DNA of 59,034 nt, filler included, from 3 parts of 3 records of this genome joined end to end with filler, not necessarily neighbours in it, one strand, 5' to 3'; shown: positions 34,501 through 48,100, counted from the whole stretch's first letter. Numbers and translations are program-made. The notes: a model not told the origin generated them from the letters alone.

Positions 34501-37500
34501 TGCTTCAAAGCAAGCTGCACACTCGCCACCACAAATGGAAATTCTTCGATAATTTTGGTAGCAAGTGCGGAATTGCCGTTGTGGATAGCTAACAAAAGAC
34601 TTGCTCTCACGTCAGAATGAATATCATACTCCGATTCCATTTTCTCTTTTGTGCTCCTAGAGGACAGGTTAGCACTTTGAAATGGATTCATGATTGATTG
34701 ATTGATTGATTGAGCAACAGACCTGTTGTTAATACATTCCACAACTGCAGAAAACATGCTCGGAGGCGCCCCACTCATAGCCAGCGCCTGTTATTTTGAA
34801 CTCTTTCAGATCCAACTACACCAACACATGGAAATCTTAATACCTGCATCGGTGACACACCCTTCTTATTCGATATAACTACTGTAACCGCGCATTCCGG
34901 TAGAGCAAGAACTCTCTCTGCAATATCCCAATGACGACCCAATATCGCAGCCACTGCAAAAAGTGAGTTCGTAAAATTCAAAGCAAAAAAGCAAACCTAC
35001 TCAGAATGGTGTTCCCGGCTAGATCCCATACATCTTCATATCTGACTCCAAGCACCTTATCAATGATAAATTCGACAAGAGAAGCGTGCCCTCGCCCCGC
35101 TGCAAGAACAATGCTAGGAGAACGCTGGGGACCATTGGGTGTGTAAAAGTAGTGATCTATCCACGGCTCCCCCTTGAGGACGGGGTTAGGACTAGATTTT
35201 CGAGCCCTAAGTTCGCTTACCATTTCGCTTCCAGACTCTTCCTCAATAGCACCATTGCTCTCATCGTCTTCAAAATCAGATACGTTTCGACTAGTAAGCT
35301 GGCTAGCTTCGCCTTCGATGCCCTTGCCTAGTGCATCCCTCGTACTGGTATCCTCAATCTTGGATAATGCCTGCAAGATCTCGCTCTTGACAGTGTCGGC
35401 GACAGAAGGTCTCCTCTCAGATACCGCCTGGGATAATGGTCCGCTAATTGAAGCTCGCCGGGATCCAACTGCGCTCCCTTGTGGAGACTGCGAGCTCACG
35501 GTATTAGATATTGCCACCAGAAAGACCAACAGATAACCTACAGCCTGAACGGAGATGGGACGAGAGGATGTAGCAGTCATCTTGAAAAGAGGTGATTCGG
35601 ATACCTCATCCAGAACTTCAGAACATATGACTGCGATGTCGTCATAGCCATTCAGGCAGCAGTAACCAATAGGGGTGAACATATCCGCATCGGGAGATAC
35701 CAGCATGGCCTTCACGTTGCCGTGCTTATGAATCTAAAGCTAAAGTGAATATCGCCGGCGTCCTGCAAGAACATGAAACTAACCTTTTTCAGAAGAAACT
35801 TCAGGATCAATACTCGCTCTTTCTTATTGCCAGTACCCTTGCACAACATGTGAAAAATATTCTGGCCTTCATGGTTGGATCTTTTCAAGCTGGCGTCCCT
35901 ATCCAGCAGCTCCCTTACTGCCGCATTATTGCCAGCATATAGTGCTAGTAGAAGTGCTGAGTTTCCGAAGCGGTCAACAGATTCGACGGATCTAAAGTTT
36001 TTCATCACTGATGTGAGGAGGTGGGAAGCATATGCCAAAGATGTGGAGAGCACACAATTGTGCAAAACTGTTCGGCGATAGTAGTTCCGCTTTTTGATGT
36101 GAGGCATATTGTCTGTCTAAATTCAGAAATATGTACCAAGACTAAGCACTGCCAACTCACCAAGAAGGACCTCAATGCAATCTTTCTTTGTCGCTTCGCT
36201 GCCGGCGAAGGCGTAATTCAGAGGGACATCTCCGAGCCCATCCTCAAGGAGAGGATTCGCGCCAGCTACTAGTAAAGATTTTACGCCATCCTTATTTCCA
36301 AGCCATGAGCACAAGTGAAGAGGCCGTGGCTTGAGCTGAAACAAGCGCCGCATGGCTTCAAGTTGGCGATACTGATCGTGCGACATCATATCGGCGAGCT
36401 GTACCCTGGTGGCATTGGTTAGAAGGCGGCACCACTGCGGCGGTGGAACGCACCTGTCGACATATTCAATCCCGTCAATATCATTTTCAAAGTCTTCGAA
36501 CGCATCCTCATCGCCGTGCCTGATCGGCTTGTTCTGCCCCAAGACAAACTCAGGGACGCTATTCGATCTGGTAATACGATTTTTCCCGGAGTCCGAATCG
36601 GTTTCATCAATAGCACTTCCCTTGCTCGCAATCCTATTCAAGTCGTCCTCGCTCTCATTCAGTTCTGCATCGATCAACTTTTGTTTTCGGCGGTTGCGTT
36701 CCATCGCCTCTCGTTCTTCTTCTTCGCGCTTCGCCCGTTCCCTACAAAGTACGCCAATAAGACCCCATGTGGAATGATCCGAAGGTCCATCCCATACTTT
36801 TCCTCAGTTGCCTGCCTGATGCTTTCTTCTTCAACAAACTCTTTGTCGATTCCTTCTTCTTGTGCCTCCCCATCGGCTGAATCCTCCTTGCTAATTTCCG
36901 GCTGTGGTGCTGAGGAAAACGCCCCTCTTAGGAAGCGAATGGTATTGTATGCAGAGTTCAGCTTCCCGCGATATCCCTAGGAGATGACAAGTTTGAGAAT
37001 TGTCCCGCGAGCGTGCTATGCGTTTACCTGCGCGTTGGAATCCCGACCCTTAGACAGCCGCTTCAAAATGCGAATTCCCGTCTCTTCCTTCCTATTGTTG
37101 TTATCTTCATCACAGTAATCTTCGATGTCCACTCCAACCTGGAACAAACGGTTGGAAAAATATCAAAGACTTCTCGTGGATGGTACCGACCTGATGATTG
37201 AAGTCGGCGGTAGTGCAATGCTGCAGGAAAATCATCATCAGCTCCGCAACCTCGTATTCGCTCGTGACAACCCCTTGGTATAGCTTGTTGTACACGAGGC
37301 AAGCATAATGGATCGGAGCAAGACCATCATTATTCAACAGCCGAAGGTTTACGCCTCGGTTTAGGAGCATTTCCACAAGGGCAGCATTGCAAGTCTTCAT
37401 TGCTAGAGCAGCACCTTAGCGATCTCTAGAAACAAAAGTGACAACGGTACTATTACCACAATGGAGGGGAGTATTTCCATCATCACTTCTGGCATCAAAG

Positions 37501-38342
37501 TCAACTCCTGGACACGATTCAATAAAATATTTCGCAGTTTTCGAAGCCCCAATCCGAATGGCGTAATTAAGTGCAGGCTCCTCCTCAGGGATATTTCTGC
37601 TCTCTATAGGAGTCAAGGGGACATAGTGTTGTCTTTGAGTCAGCGTCAGATACACAGCCGGATTGACAAGAGGTGCAGCAGCCGTTGTAATTGTCACAAA
37701 TGACTGCGACATTCGGAGCCGCTTGTGGGCAACCTACGCAACTTGGTTTACAAACTACCATCCCAAGATAAGGTGGCCTTACCAGAGCACGCGCGAACAT
37801 TGGTGATGAAGGATCCATCGCGCCGACATGAGTGTACATCTCCACTGACCGAAAATCATCTTGCATGATGGCATCAGCAAAGTCCCGAACTATTTTTTCC
37901 TGAGAGATTGCCGTGCGGGTTAGCGCGACATCACCCAGTCAGACCCTTGCACACAATGGTCCAACCTGATCCGTCAAATAGTCAAAGTCGTCCCGGATCC
38001 ATTTTGGGGATCTCCAGTTATTTGGGATCATGCTGCCCTTTCTCTTGACTACAGACTCGCCCTCCTCCTCACCTTCATCCACATCCTTCTTCTCAGAAGT
38101 CTGAAAGAAACCTTAGACTCATTTCGACCTCACCACGCACTCCCTAATGCGAACCCACCTCGTCCCCTTCGCTAATATCAGAGTCTCCTCCCTCAACCGG
38201 TGCAGCGTCGAAGTCACCCATTTCCATTGAAGGGTTTGGCTCCATCGTGGACCTGTGACACCAAGTGAGATCTAGGCTACTAGATTTAAAACCACTCTTA
38301 CGACTGCTCAGACCCCGGCACCGGCAGCGTACTCGCGATCAT
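19511..38342 (-). CDS. Giant spliced ankyrin-repeat protein (eukaryotic; ~65-70 introns; roughly 5,100 aa)
   Basis: Consecutive minus-strand ORF fragments join in frame across GT..AG introns, e.g. 38301-38253, 38158-38101, 37965-37900, 37782-37734, 37456-37403 (restores GNTPLHC|AMKT), 33726-33673, 33582-33535, 21347-21296, 21146-21101, 20029-19992, 19800-19749. Dozens of GxTxLHxA-type repeats. The start codon and the in-frame introns are the least certain parts. Confidence 0.85.
34691..34710. repeat. (TGAT)5 microsatellite inside a 66-nt intron
   Basis: tgattgattgattgattgat within predicted intron 34722-34657. Confidence 0.85.
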
Positions 38343-39370
38343 GTCAACTGAAGCCGTTTCAGACTGTATTTCCGACGTAACAGGCAACGGGGTCATAGGT
38401 GTATTTCGGCCGGACGGAGCATCCGACACATCTTTTGAACTAGCAGGACGGCTGGACAACACAGTTATTTTCACAAAACCACAATTTGACACCTCAACTA
38501 CCTCAGTGAAGCTGGACTATCTCTCCCGGACATTCCTAGACTATGTCCCCAAATAAACCCGTCTCGTGTTTACCCGTAAGATAAGATCTAGGCCAGGGCA
38601 TACTTTATTGCCAGATAGGGGTCCCCGAAAACTCGGATGAGCCTCCTGGAAGGATCATGTGAGAGCGTGGTGCGCTCATGCAACGGACGGGGTAATTTTG
38701 CGCGGCTTTCCGGCCGCGGCTACAACACAGAGGGACGATGGCATACCAGAAGGCGGAGCCTCTACAACCTACCCACGGCACCGTTCTGAAAGTTCCAATG
38801 AACCCTACCCCGCCAAGGCTGGTGTCCGGTCGCTCGCGAGCTGGACCCCGTCCTCTCAGCACTGGTACATTGCAGGGGACAAGAAGGAACGACAACCGAT
38901 TATGACTTGAACCCGCCCCGGGCCGGCCGGCGGTGCGGTCGGTCAGCCTGGTGCGGAGGTTGCACCGGTCAGGTTCTTGCCCGCGTCCTCCCTCGGGGCG
39001 ATAGCGGTTCAATTTGTGTGGAGTCTAAACTTCCATTCTCTCGGGGGAAAATAGTGACAAAAAGCGGTTGTAACTTAAATCAGCACAGATGAGATGAACC
39101 GAATGATCTCTATGATCTGATGAGCTGTACCCCTTGCCGTGATTGCCTGCTTCCACCTGTATGGATACCTTCGTCAACGCCTTTCCACCAACACCATTGT
39201 TCATGCTCAGTGCTGCCAGCCCTCACCTCCCAGGCCTCGGCTGGGCATCAATCGGCCCGGCCTCAGTGTCACTGGTGTTTCAGTAAGTCAGTGGAAGCCA
39301 GGCCGGCTGGCCAAGGGGCAACCGAGGCCGCGAACTGTGGTGCCATGCCCGCCGCCGCGAAGTAGACTGA

Positions 39371-39416
39371 GTGCCATTCGAGAGAGCGGCCGGGTGCCAT
39401 TCGAGAGAGCGGCCGG
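39371..39416. repeat. Perfect 23-bp tandem duplication in divergent intergenic region
   Basis: GTGCCATTCGAGAGAGCGGCCGG at 39371-39393 and 39394-39416. Confidence 0.92.
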
Positions 39417-39672
39417 CGGGGTGCGGCCCCCTTCCGCTTGATCCTGAACCCGTGTCTCACGCAGTCAGCCACCCGACCACCCACTGTCACTGGTATTGTT
39501 GCTTTCGCAACGACTGAACTTGCCCTTTTTCAGCCCACACGCGAAAAACACGCACCCCCGAAACCTGAGCTCCAGCGTCGTCAATGCCACAGAACCCTCA
39601 AGCTAACCCTGTCTATCAATCAAGAGGAACCATAAAGATGCCTACCTCACCATACTCTGAAAATAAGTTGGT

Positions 39673-41992
39673 ATGCAGCCTTATCCAGAGGCAAGAAACC
39701 AACAAGACGATATGACTAGGCGGCGGCTGTCGAGCATGGAGGGAGGGCGTACCCCTACTACACCTCACCTCAACACCCCAAATACTTTAGGAAACCCATT
39801 ATTGGATTCCTCCGAATATAGTGACGGTGCTCCCGCTCCTCGCAAGAAGGTTATGTCACGGTCCGGGTGTCATCCTGTTGTCACGACTTCTTGTGTGTTG
39901 ATGGCACTTGTTGTGGGTTGCGTAGTTGGTATGTTTGCGTTGATAGTGAGTTTTGTTGGTGGCCTTCTAACATTCCGTCTTGTTAGGTGCTGCTGCCTAT
40001 GGTGGTTACTCATTTTTATACCCCGCATCTCCCTCGCTGCACTCTGGCGGGGGTGACTCCGACGACGGAATATTGGCTCCAGAGCTCATCCCGAGACTTG
40101 TGGAGGTTGGAATCAATAGCATCACCCTTGACTTTGATAGGTATCCTCGTGCTCTTCAATACACTGCTGAGTGCACAGAACTCGAGTCCAAGAAGACTTT
40201 CACTATGGATTCGTCCACCTCCAAGGTCACAGTTACCGGCCTGGAAGCAAGCACGCTTTACGAATGCGTATACCGTGTCACTGTACCGGAGGGAGTGTCG
40301 CCGGACTCACCCTCGGTGAGGTACCCTACCCTAGCAGCCACCGTGCCTGGAAAGAGCGCTGGCGTGTGGGCTGTGGAGCCAACCACGGCTGATTTGATTA
40401 CACTCGACTGGGACGAGACCGAGAATGGTGGCTCCGATATCACTGAGTATGAGCTGCTCTACAGTGAGAGCAAGGCAGACAATACCGTGAAAGACTGCTA
40501 TAAGACTGGTCCTGGTTGCTCGGTCTGTGATGCTCCATATGAAGAGGTTTGTGTATGATAGTGTGGTGTTGTACGACGATGCCTTACGCGTATTTTAGGA
40601 ATCCTCTGAAACCTTCTTTACTTTAGGAGGTCATTGCAAAGACGTTCCGTTTACAGGATGCCCAAATTTCAACCTCAAGTTGGTGTGCTATGACTTCCAG
40701 GTGTGTTGCTTACTTGTGATAAGTGATATAAGCTAACGAATTCACTGCCTTAATAGTGTTGCCGAGATGTTCCTCAGGCAAACGAAGGCCAAGTTTTTGA
40801 GTCTCTTTACAAGGGCAAGGACAGTCATTTTACCCACAAGGGACTTCCAGCTGGCCACAAGTATGCATACAAAGTGTTGGCAAGAAATGAGGTCGGCGAT
40901 GGTTTACCCAGTCTTGCCACTCCCGCGTTTACATCTACCCCCGATGCCAAGGTCCCTGACCGTGCTGATGCCCCACGTATCAAGGACTCTACTCCCATCA
41001 GCTTGCGGTTGGCCTGGGATATACCCGAGCACAATGGTGCCATGATTGTAAAGGCCAAGCTACTCATGCATGATGGAGACAAGACGTCTGTAGCCTGCCA
41101 AGATGAACGCCACCTCACGAAGAGTTGTACAGTTGAAAATCTGAAGCCGGCAACCAAGTACACCTTCAGTGTGCAGGTGAAGAATGAGAAGGGATGGTCA
41201 CCTGAAGGAACCAAGGCTGAGTTGGAGACACCAGAGGCTGGTGCCCCGCCCACATGCAGTCCTGTTGAGTACGCTAACTCAGGGCCCGACTGGATCGATG
41301 TTAAACTCAAGGCCGCTCCTCACTACGATAAGACGATAGAACAGAAGTACGAGCTCGAGTATAAGCAAAACCGTGCAACTGAGTATACCAAGGTGAACGG
41401 TGCCATTGACATTGAGGATGAAGGAGAACTTGTCTATCGTGTTGGTTCGTTGGTTCACAACAAACATTACAACTTCCGAGTTCGTGCTGTGAACTCCAAA
41501 GGTTCAGGTTCGTGGAGTGAAGTTATTGAAGACTGCTGTGACACCCAGTTGTCTGGCAAATGTAATGCTAAGGACCGCAAGATAATGACGCACAGTGAGA
41601 AGGCTGAATACGAATATAGTGGTATGTATGATCGACATGATGCGAGGTACACACATTCATTTATATGTGCAGACATCGCCCATGATTGCGGCAAGTCGAA
41701 TCTTGGCCGCTCTGAAGCAACTGCGGCCTGTATCCGCAGCCAAGTATCAGGCTTCAGTGCAGGCTGTGCATCGTGCTTCGGCGAGGTATTATCCTTCATG
41801 AGAATGTATGATACGAGTACTCACTGGTTTGTGTAGGTGGCCTCGTGTGGCAAAAGCAAGTGTTGGAGCAAGTGCTTCCCTAATGATATGTCACAGGGCT
41901 GCCGCCAGTGCTACCAAGACAATTGCCGGCCATCGCTTGCGGAATGTGCCGGCATAGCCATGGAGGATCTCCCTCGCGAGCGCCCATTGTAG
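39673..41992 (+). CDS. Spliced single-pass membrane protein with four fibronectin type III domains and Cys-rich modules (683 aa)
   Basis: Exons 39673-39928, 39987-40546, 40599-40700, 40757-41621, 41673-41785, 41837-41992 total 2052 nt with consistent phases; introns are 58, 52, 56, 51 and 51 nt GT-AG. FN3 motifs GLEASTLYE, GLPAGHKYAYKVLARNEVG, NLKPATKYTFSVQVKN, YNFRVRAVNSKG. Confidence 0.88.
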
Positions 41993-42105
41993 GATGGATA
42001 CAAATGTACAATTAAAGGATTGCAATGCAGAGAAAGAGTGTTTACTGGGTGCTAATCATCAATAATGATTTTTCGAAACAGCCTGGTAGAATTGCCAAGC
42101 CTACT

Positions 42106-45100
42106 TCATGACAGTACCACATCCTCTACGGTGATCGATCCCTTCCTCTCTTTCAATTCCTGGAAAAACGCGAGATTCTCCTTAGTATTACTCAAAAGTG
42201 TATTTGCCGCGTCAGGATTGCGACTGTGAAGGAGACTACACAGGACTTCGACCTGCGGCAACCCAATGAAAGACATAAATCCGACTTGGCATTCCGCAAC
42301 AGCAGGTTTTTCACGATCCATGAAGGGGCTAACTGGCATGCCATAAGCCTTTTCGACATCACCCTGGGTCCAGAATTCCCTGATGACACGGAGGACCCAG
42401 CGAAGATAAATCTTCAGAGGACGGGCAGGATTCGAAACGTCGGCAACCTTGATGATAATTTTCATAAGAAGCACTCGGTCAATATCCACGGCACTAATAC
42501 CTCTGCTCTGCGCTTCCTTAACCGCATTCAGGACGGAGTTGTGCTTGGATAAGTCCGTACTCAAGACTACCTGGGTAATCAAATCCTTCATGCGCGCTTG
42601 ATCCTTCTCAGAGAGGTGAGTGAGGAAAGCGCAATGCTCGTCTTGCATGACGTGAAAGGCCTCACAAAGATGATAACATTCCAAGACGCTATCCGGTTCT
42701 CCCCTCTCTTCCGCCAAGTGCAGTAGCTCTGAATTAGTTGCTTTCAGGAATACATTTGTTACAGCAGGATGGCGGAAGTCATGAATGGTCGCCGCTATGA
42801 TCAACGCTAGTTGTTCCAATGGAGTGAAAATCTGCTCCAACTTAAAGGCCGCCATGATGAAATGAACGGCTTGTACAACATCAGCCCCATGTGTGGAGTT
42901 ATGGTAGAAATTCCTCGCAATATATCCATCATTGATCACCACAAGGAAGTTTTGAAGTCTCTCCAGAGGAAGCGCCAGCGTTTCAACAAGGTCCCGAGTG
43001 TTAATGGTGTACCAAGACGCAAAGTAGAGAGGGGCGCCTCGAGATTTCTTGGCTAACTCGAATACATCGAATTCCCACGTTCCAGCATTGTGATACAGAT
43101 ATGGGTTACACTCTGAAGCGTGAGTATTGTAATTAGACCGGACTCGCACATTCGCTCGACAATATTTTGCAGTCTGTTGCATAGATAGCTTAATTTTGCA
43201 GTCCTCGATATACCATGATATAGCCTTATCATTCGGATTACTGGCCTTCAACTTTTCCAAGAGACAGAAAGCATCACCTCGAATCTGTTGAACAGTAAAC
43301 ATCACTGCTTTCTCAAACTCATGCTGATATTCGATCTTCGAAGAGTGATTGATAATAATCTCATAAATGTCAACTGGAATCGTTTTCCCCTTCACTGTAA
43401 CAAGACCAATATGCCTGTGTCGCAAGGCCTGAAGGACTGTCGAATCGATTCGGTTCAATGTGTCGCCTGTGATTAAGATTTCTGCGCCAAACACTTTGGA
43501 CTGACCCTCTAGCCTGGAGGCAGTATTCACCACATCCGATATCACCGTTGAGTCCATTCGTAGAGTCTCGCCAATTGTTCCAAGCACAACTGGCCCTGAA
43601 TTAATGCCAATGCCAACAAGGATGGGGGGCTCGTTCATTTGAGCACGTTGACGATTGAAAGCGGACAATTCGTCAATAATGGCACAAGCAGCCTTCACAG
43701 CATCTGTGGCGTGAGTAGCACTGCTCGGAAATAATGCCATGATACAATCTCCAATATATTTGTCAATGAAGCCTGAGTGCCGTCTGATGATCGGACCAAG
43801 CCGAGACATAACATCGTTCAGAAGATCAAAAACACTGCGCGAGTCGGCCAGCTGCTCCGAAATAGATGTGAAATCCCGAATGTCCAGATAGAAGACAGTC
43901 ATTTCAAGCTCATTCATATCGCCCAGACAAACATCGATAGCGTTCGAGCTTCCCAATAGTCTACAGAACTCGGACGGTACGAAGCGTACGTACGATTCGT
44001 TGACGCTGATCAGCTCTTTGTTCCTCTCTTCCAAAGCCTTCGAGTGTTCTCTCAACTCTGAGTACAGGCGAGCATTGTTCAATACTACAGTCATCTGCGA
44101 AGACAACATGTCCAGCATATGAACGTGGGTTTTTGTGAAAGCATTCTTAAGCACAACATTCTCAACATAAATGATGCCGTGAAGTCTTTTCTGCATAGTC
44201 AGTGGAATGCAAGCTACACTCCCGTCACGGGTACGACTAGATAAACCGGCCCCATAAACAGGCTCCGTTTTCTTCAATACCATTTCAACAACTTTCATGT
44301 CAATGTCACGAAACTCCTGCAAAGACACATCAGGTTTGAACATTTCTCCTCTGCCATTTGTGCATATGTTCACAAACAGTTTAGATGGAGCTGCAAGCAC
44401 ATCACGGCGAGTCGCAGTCTGGACTCCTTCCACTCCCATAGTGTTTGTGTTTGCGAGAGCGAATACTACTGTCTGCGCACCAGAAAACTTGGAAACAACA
44501 TCAACAAGGCTAACCAGCAACTTATCGAAGTCAATTTCCGATGAAATAAGTTTGCTGGCTTGGGCCACAGCTTGGCTGTCGAAAGAGGCGGCTTTTCCTC
44601 CTTTTGTAGTGTCAACAGTTCCTGTAGCAACTGTGGTGTCTCCTTCTGTATAACCCTCCGGTGATGAAGTCGAACTCCCGCTGCCCGCCGACTTCATAAT
44701 GTGCGACGCGTTCTCACCAGCAAGGACGGATACAACAGCCATTGAACCCCACATACACCCATACTCTACGAAGGTATGGACAACTGCCGACGCAATAGAT
44801 TCCAGGCTTGATTTGTTCAAGGCCTCGAACAACAATCCAGACGCAAGCACCACGATGCTTGGTTGTGAATTGACGCGAGCATTACTTATCGCTGAATCTA
44901 GAATCGGAATAGCATTGTGCCAAGAATTCTTCAAAATCAGCAGGTGTGCCTGCACGACTAGCAACCGACTACGATATAGTCGCGGTTGGTGCGCAGCGAA
45001 TACCTTGAGCTTCTCCATCAAATGCTCGATTTTCTTGTTATGCCTGTCAATCTCATCTAGAACACCATCATTTTGTTCTTGTAAATTGAGAAATCTAATT

Positions 45101-48100
45101 CTCTCTATGAGAATTAATGGCGCTATGCAGACATATTCGATATAGGGTATCAGACCAGTAGAAAGGTACAGAGACGATTCAGGAATCTTCGTGAGGATCT
45201 GGTATGCTTCTTCATACTGCTGGAGTAGGGTATAAGCCAACGCATAGTATATGTGTGATATAGAAACAAAAAAGAATGGATGGTCAGGTGATATTTGCGC
45301 TTCTTCATCGGACAGCCAAGAGCTGACTTGCCCGCTTTCTAGCAGGGAGAGTGCCCCATACACTGCCGTGAGCGACCGATTATACAATGTCAACTTGCGC
45401 CGACGTGACAGCTCAATGTAACCTCGAAGCTTTGAGGCCACAATTGGAATCGGACTCCCTCCCTGTGTGAGACTCCAGCATTCCTGAATGGCTGCAAACA
45501 ATGCATAGGAGTGATCCGAGAGGGACATAGCTATCAACCTTCCCTCATTGAAGTAACTGCTAATATCCTTGGGATCCATAACCCATTGGCAGGTCATACC
45601 CACATGAACGTTAACCCGCGCCGTCGATATGCCCTTGGCATCTTGGGAATCACTCATTTGCAAAAGAGCGTGCTTAGCCAGCTCTCCCCCCAGTTTCAAT
45701 TCATTGTAGTACGCAGCCATAACAAATCCAAAGACCGCCAAGCCCTCTGCTGTTCTTGGATTCACACCATACACCATTGCTCTAGAGGTGATTGTGGTCG
45801 CTGCCCATGTGTAGAGACCACGGTTTCCTACAAAATAAGCTAATGAAATCAAATGCATCAATAGACCGCAGATAGTTTCCTCTTCCCAGGCAATATTGAG
45901 ACTCCATTTGCTAGTAAGGGTAGAGAAATCGGTGGTTTCACACAAGAGATTCTTGGTTCTAGACACAATCTTCTCAACGTCATCAGGGGAAGGACTTATA
46001 GTTGCAGGCATTCCAAAGACCTCGTTAAGGCAGTCGATAATGCAATCTATCGCTTGCCTTGGTGCGTTTTGATGAAGGAGTCGCCTTGTCTTCTCACCAT
46101 AAGCCCAAGCAATATCGCTGTACTTCGTGCAATGCACCATCACCATCGAAAAATAGTCCATGTAAAGTTCAGAATCATGGTGGTCAACCTCTACTTCCAA
46201 GAGTGCTTTCAGCACTAATAATTCAAGGTTCTCGCTATCCGAGGCAATATTGCAATTAGAAAAGAATGTCAGAGCGTGCTTTTCCATGTGGGACATCCAA
46301 TTCTTCCGCTCGCCGTTCGCTACAACTTCAAAAATCCGAGATTCGATCCCCTGAAGGTAATGGTTTCGATCCTTTCGGTTCAGCACTGCATCAACTACCG
46401 ACACTTGAAACAGAAAGAAGAAAGAACAATATGCATGCTGTCGAGCCCGGACATTGTCGCTAGACTTGAATTGACGGAAAAAGTGCATATTCAAACGAGT
46501 ATATACTTTCAATTCCCCAAGAATCAACTCCAGTTTTCCCTTAAAATCAATATCGTTGACTCCCAATTCCCGTGACTTTGCGTCGTGTACCAGTCGAACA
46601 AAATAGTCAAGACTGTCGTTCGCCAGCTCACATACAGTCCCACCATACTTCAAAAACATTTCCCCTTCGACAATATCTTCGTCAAATACGTTAGGTGCCT
46701 CAATAGGCGTCGCAGGGTCAAAATCCTTTTGGCAAATAGCAAAGAGGGTGCGCATAACAGAGACTCGAGTAACCCGTTGACCTCTAAAAGATACACTTCT
46801 TCTCTCGATTTCGTCACGGGCACTCTTCTTACTAAACTCTACAACCGTATCGTTGAACCTAGCACTGCTTGATAGAGACAGTATTCTGTTTTCGTTCATA
46901 CTCCCCACTAATTGGCTAACATCCTCATAACACATTCCCATCACCAGAGCGAGTATCCACACCGTAGAAGATCCACCGACCCAATGTAGCGCAATCAAAA
47001 ACTCTAGATCGCTATCACGTAAGTTTGTTAACTTCTGATTCATGTCTAACATTAAGTCATCATATCCTTTCCAAATGAAGGCACCCTTATCAAAAGAGAA
47101 GCGAATAACGCCACTGAAGAACAAGGCCCGAACGACTTTTTCCATTCCCAAGGGATTCCCAGTGCAGGTTTTGTGAACTCTCTCGGCTAGTTGGCGAACA
47201 AGCTGAATATTTTCATGAAAACATGTTGATATGTACTTCTCGATGTCCCCGATGTCAAGTGGATGCATCTTGATTTTCTTCAGAGATTGCCCCGATGCCA
47301 TCTCCACAACACGTTCAATATGGGGATTGACTTCACTACACTTAGATTGAATCGACAGGAACACAAGACAATTCACATTCTTCTCCATCAGATTCGATAA
47401 TTGAGCCGCAAGGAGATCGCTCATTTGGTGGGCATCATCAACAACAATTACCAATCTGCTGCCACGCAACCCGTTGGCCAAGTACTCTAGAAGTTTCTTC
47501 ATTTCGTCATCCAAATCACTTTCAAAGGAATGCATGTCGTCTAGAGCTGAGGTCTCTCGCATTTTTGAGTCCACAGGCTCGAGGCATCCTTCAAAGAAGA
47601 CATCACGATAGTCTGGAAATTCCCGCCACACCCTTGTTAGCCTCAACAGAGACAAGTCCTCGCGAAGCGTCATTAATTGCACCATTCCCAATTTCTTCAT
47701 GGACACAGCAATCGCATCAATCAACATTGAATGATGGGTTTTGGCTTCTTTCTCGCAACTGACAGAAACTACAAAATCTCTCGAAAAGCTTCGTTCACAA
47801 TACTTGTTGAGGACCACGGTCTTGCCACACCCTTCATCACCTTCCAAACACACAACACGGGCAGCCACAGCTGGTTGGCGAAGAAATTCATCGATTTCTG
47901 ATATAGTGTCATCTCTCCCTAGAAAAGTCTGTGTTGGTGCAAATTCTCCATTCACGCCTCCGTCCATCGCAATCTCGGATATCGGGCCCATGTTAAACAA
48001 ATCGTTTCTAAGAGAGACTTCTGATATATCTGAACCATTGGCTATTCCTTTCAAAAACTCTGGAAATAAGGATTGTGACACCTTCCCTGCAGGTCCCAAA

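Noticed and set aside
19511-38342. Pseudogene, frameshift errors or alternative genetic code explaining the fragmented ankyrin ORFs
   Set aside because: The stops and frame changes I traced fall inside short GT-AG introns, and removing them restores intact repeats under the standard code.
38605-39635. Several 60-135-aa ORFs in the divergent intergenic region
   Set aside because: Arg/Pro/Gly-rich, on both strands, with no motifs or consistent splice chain.
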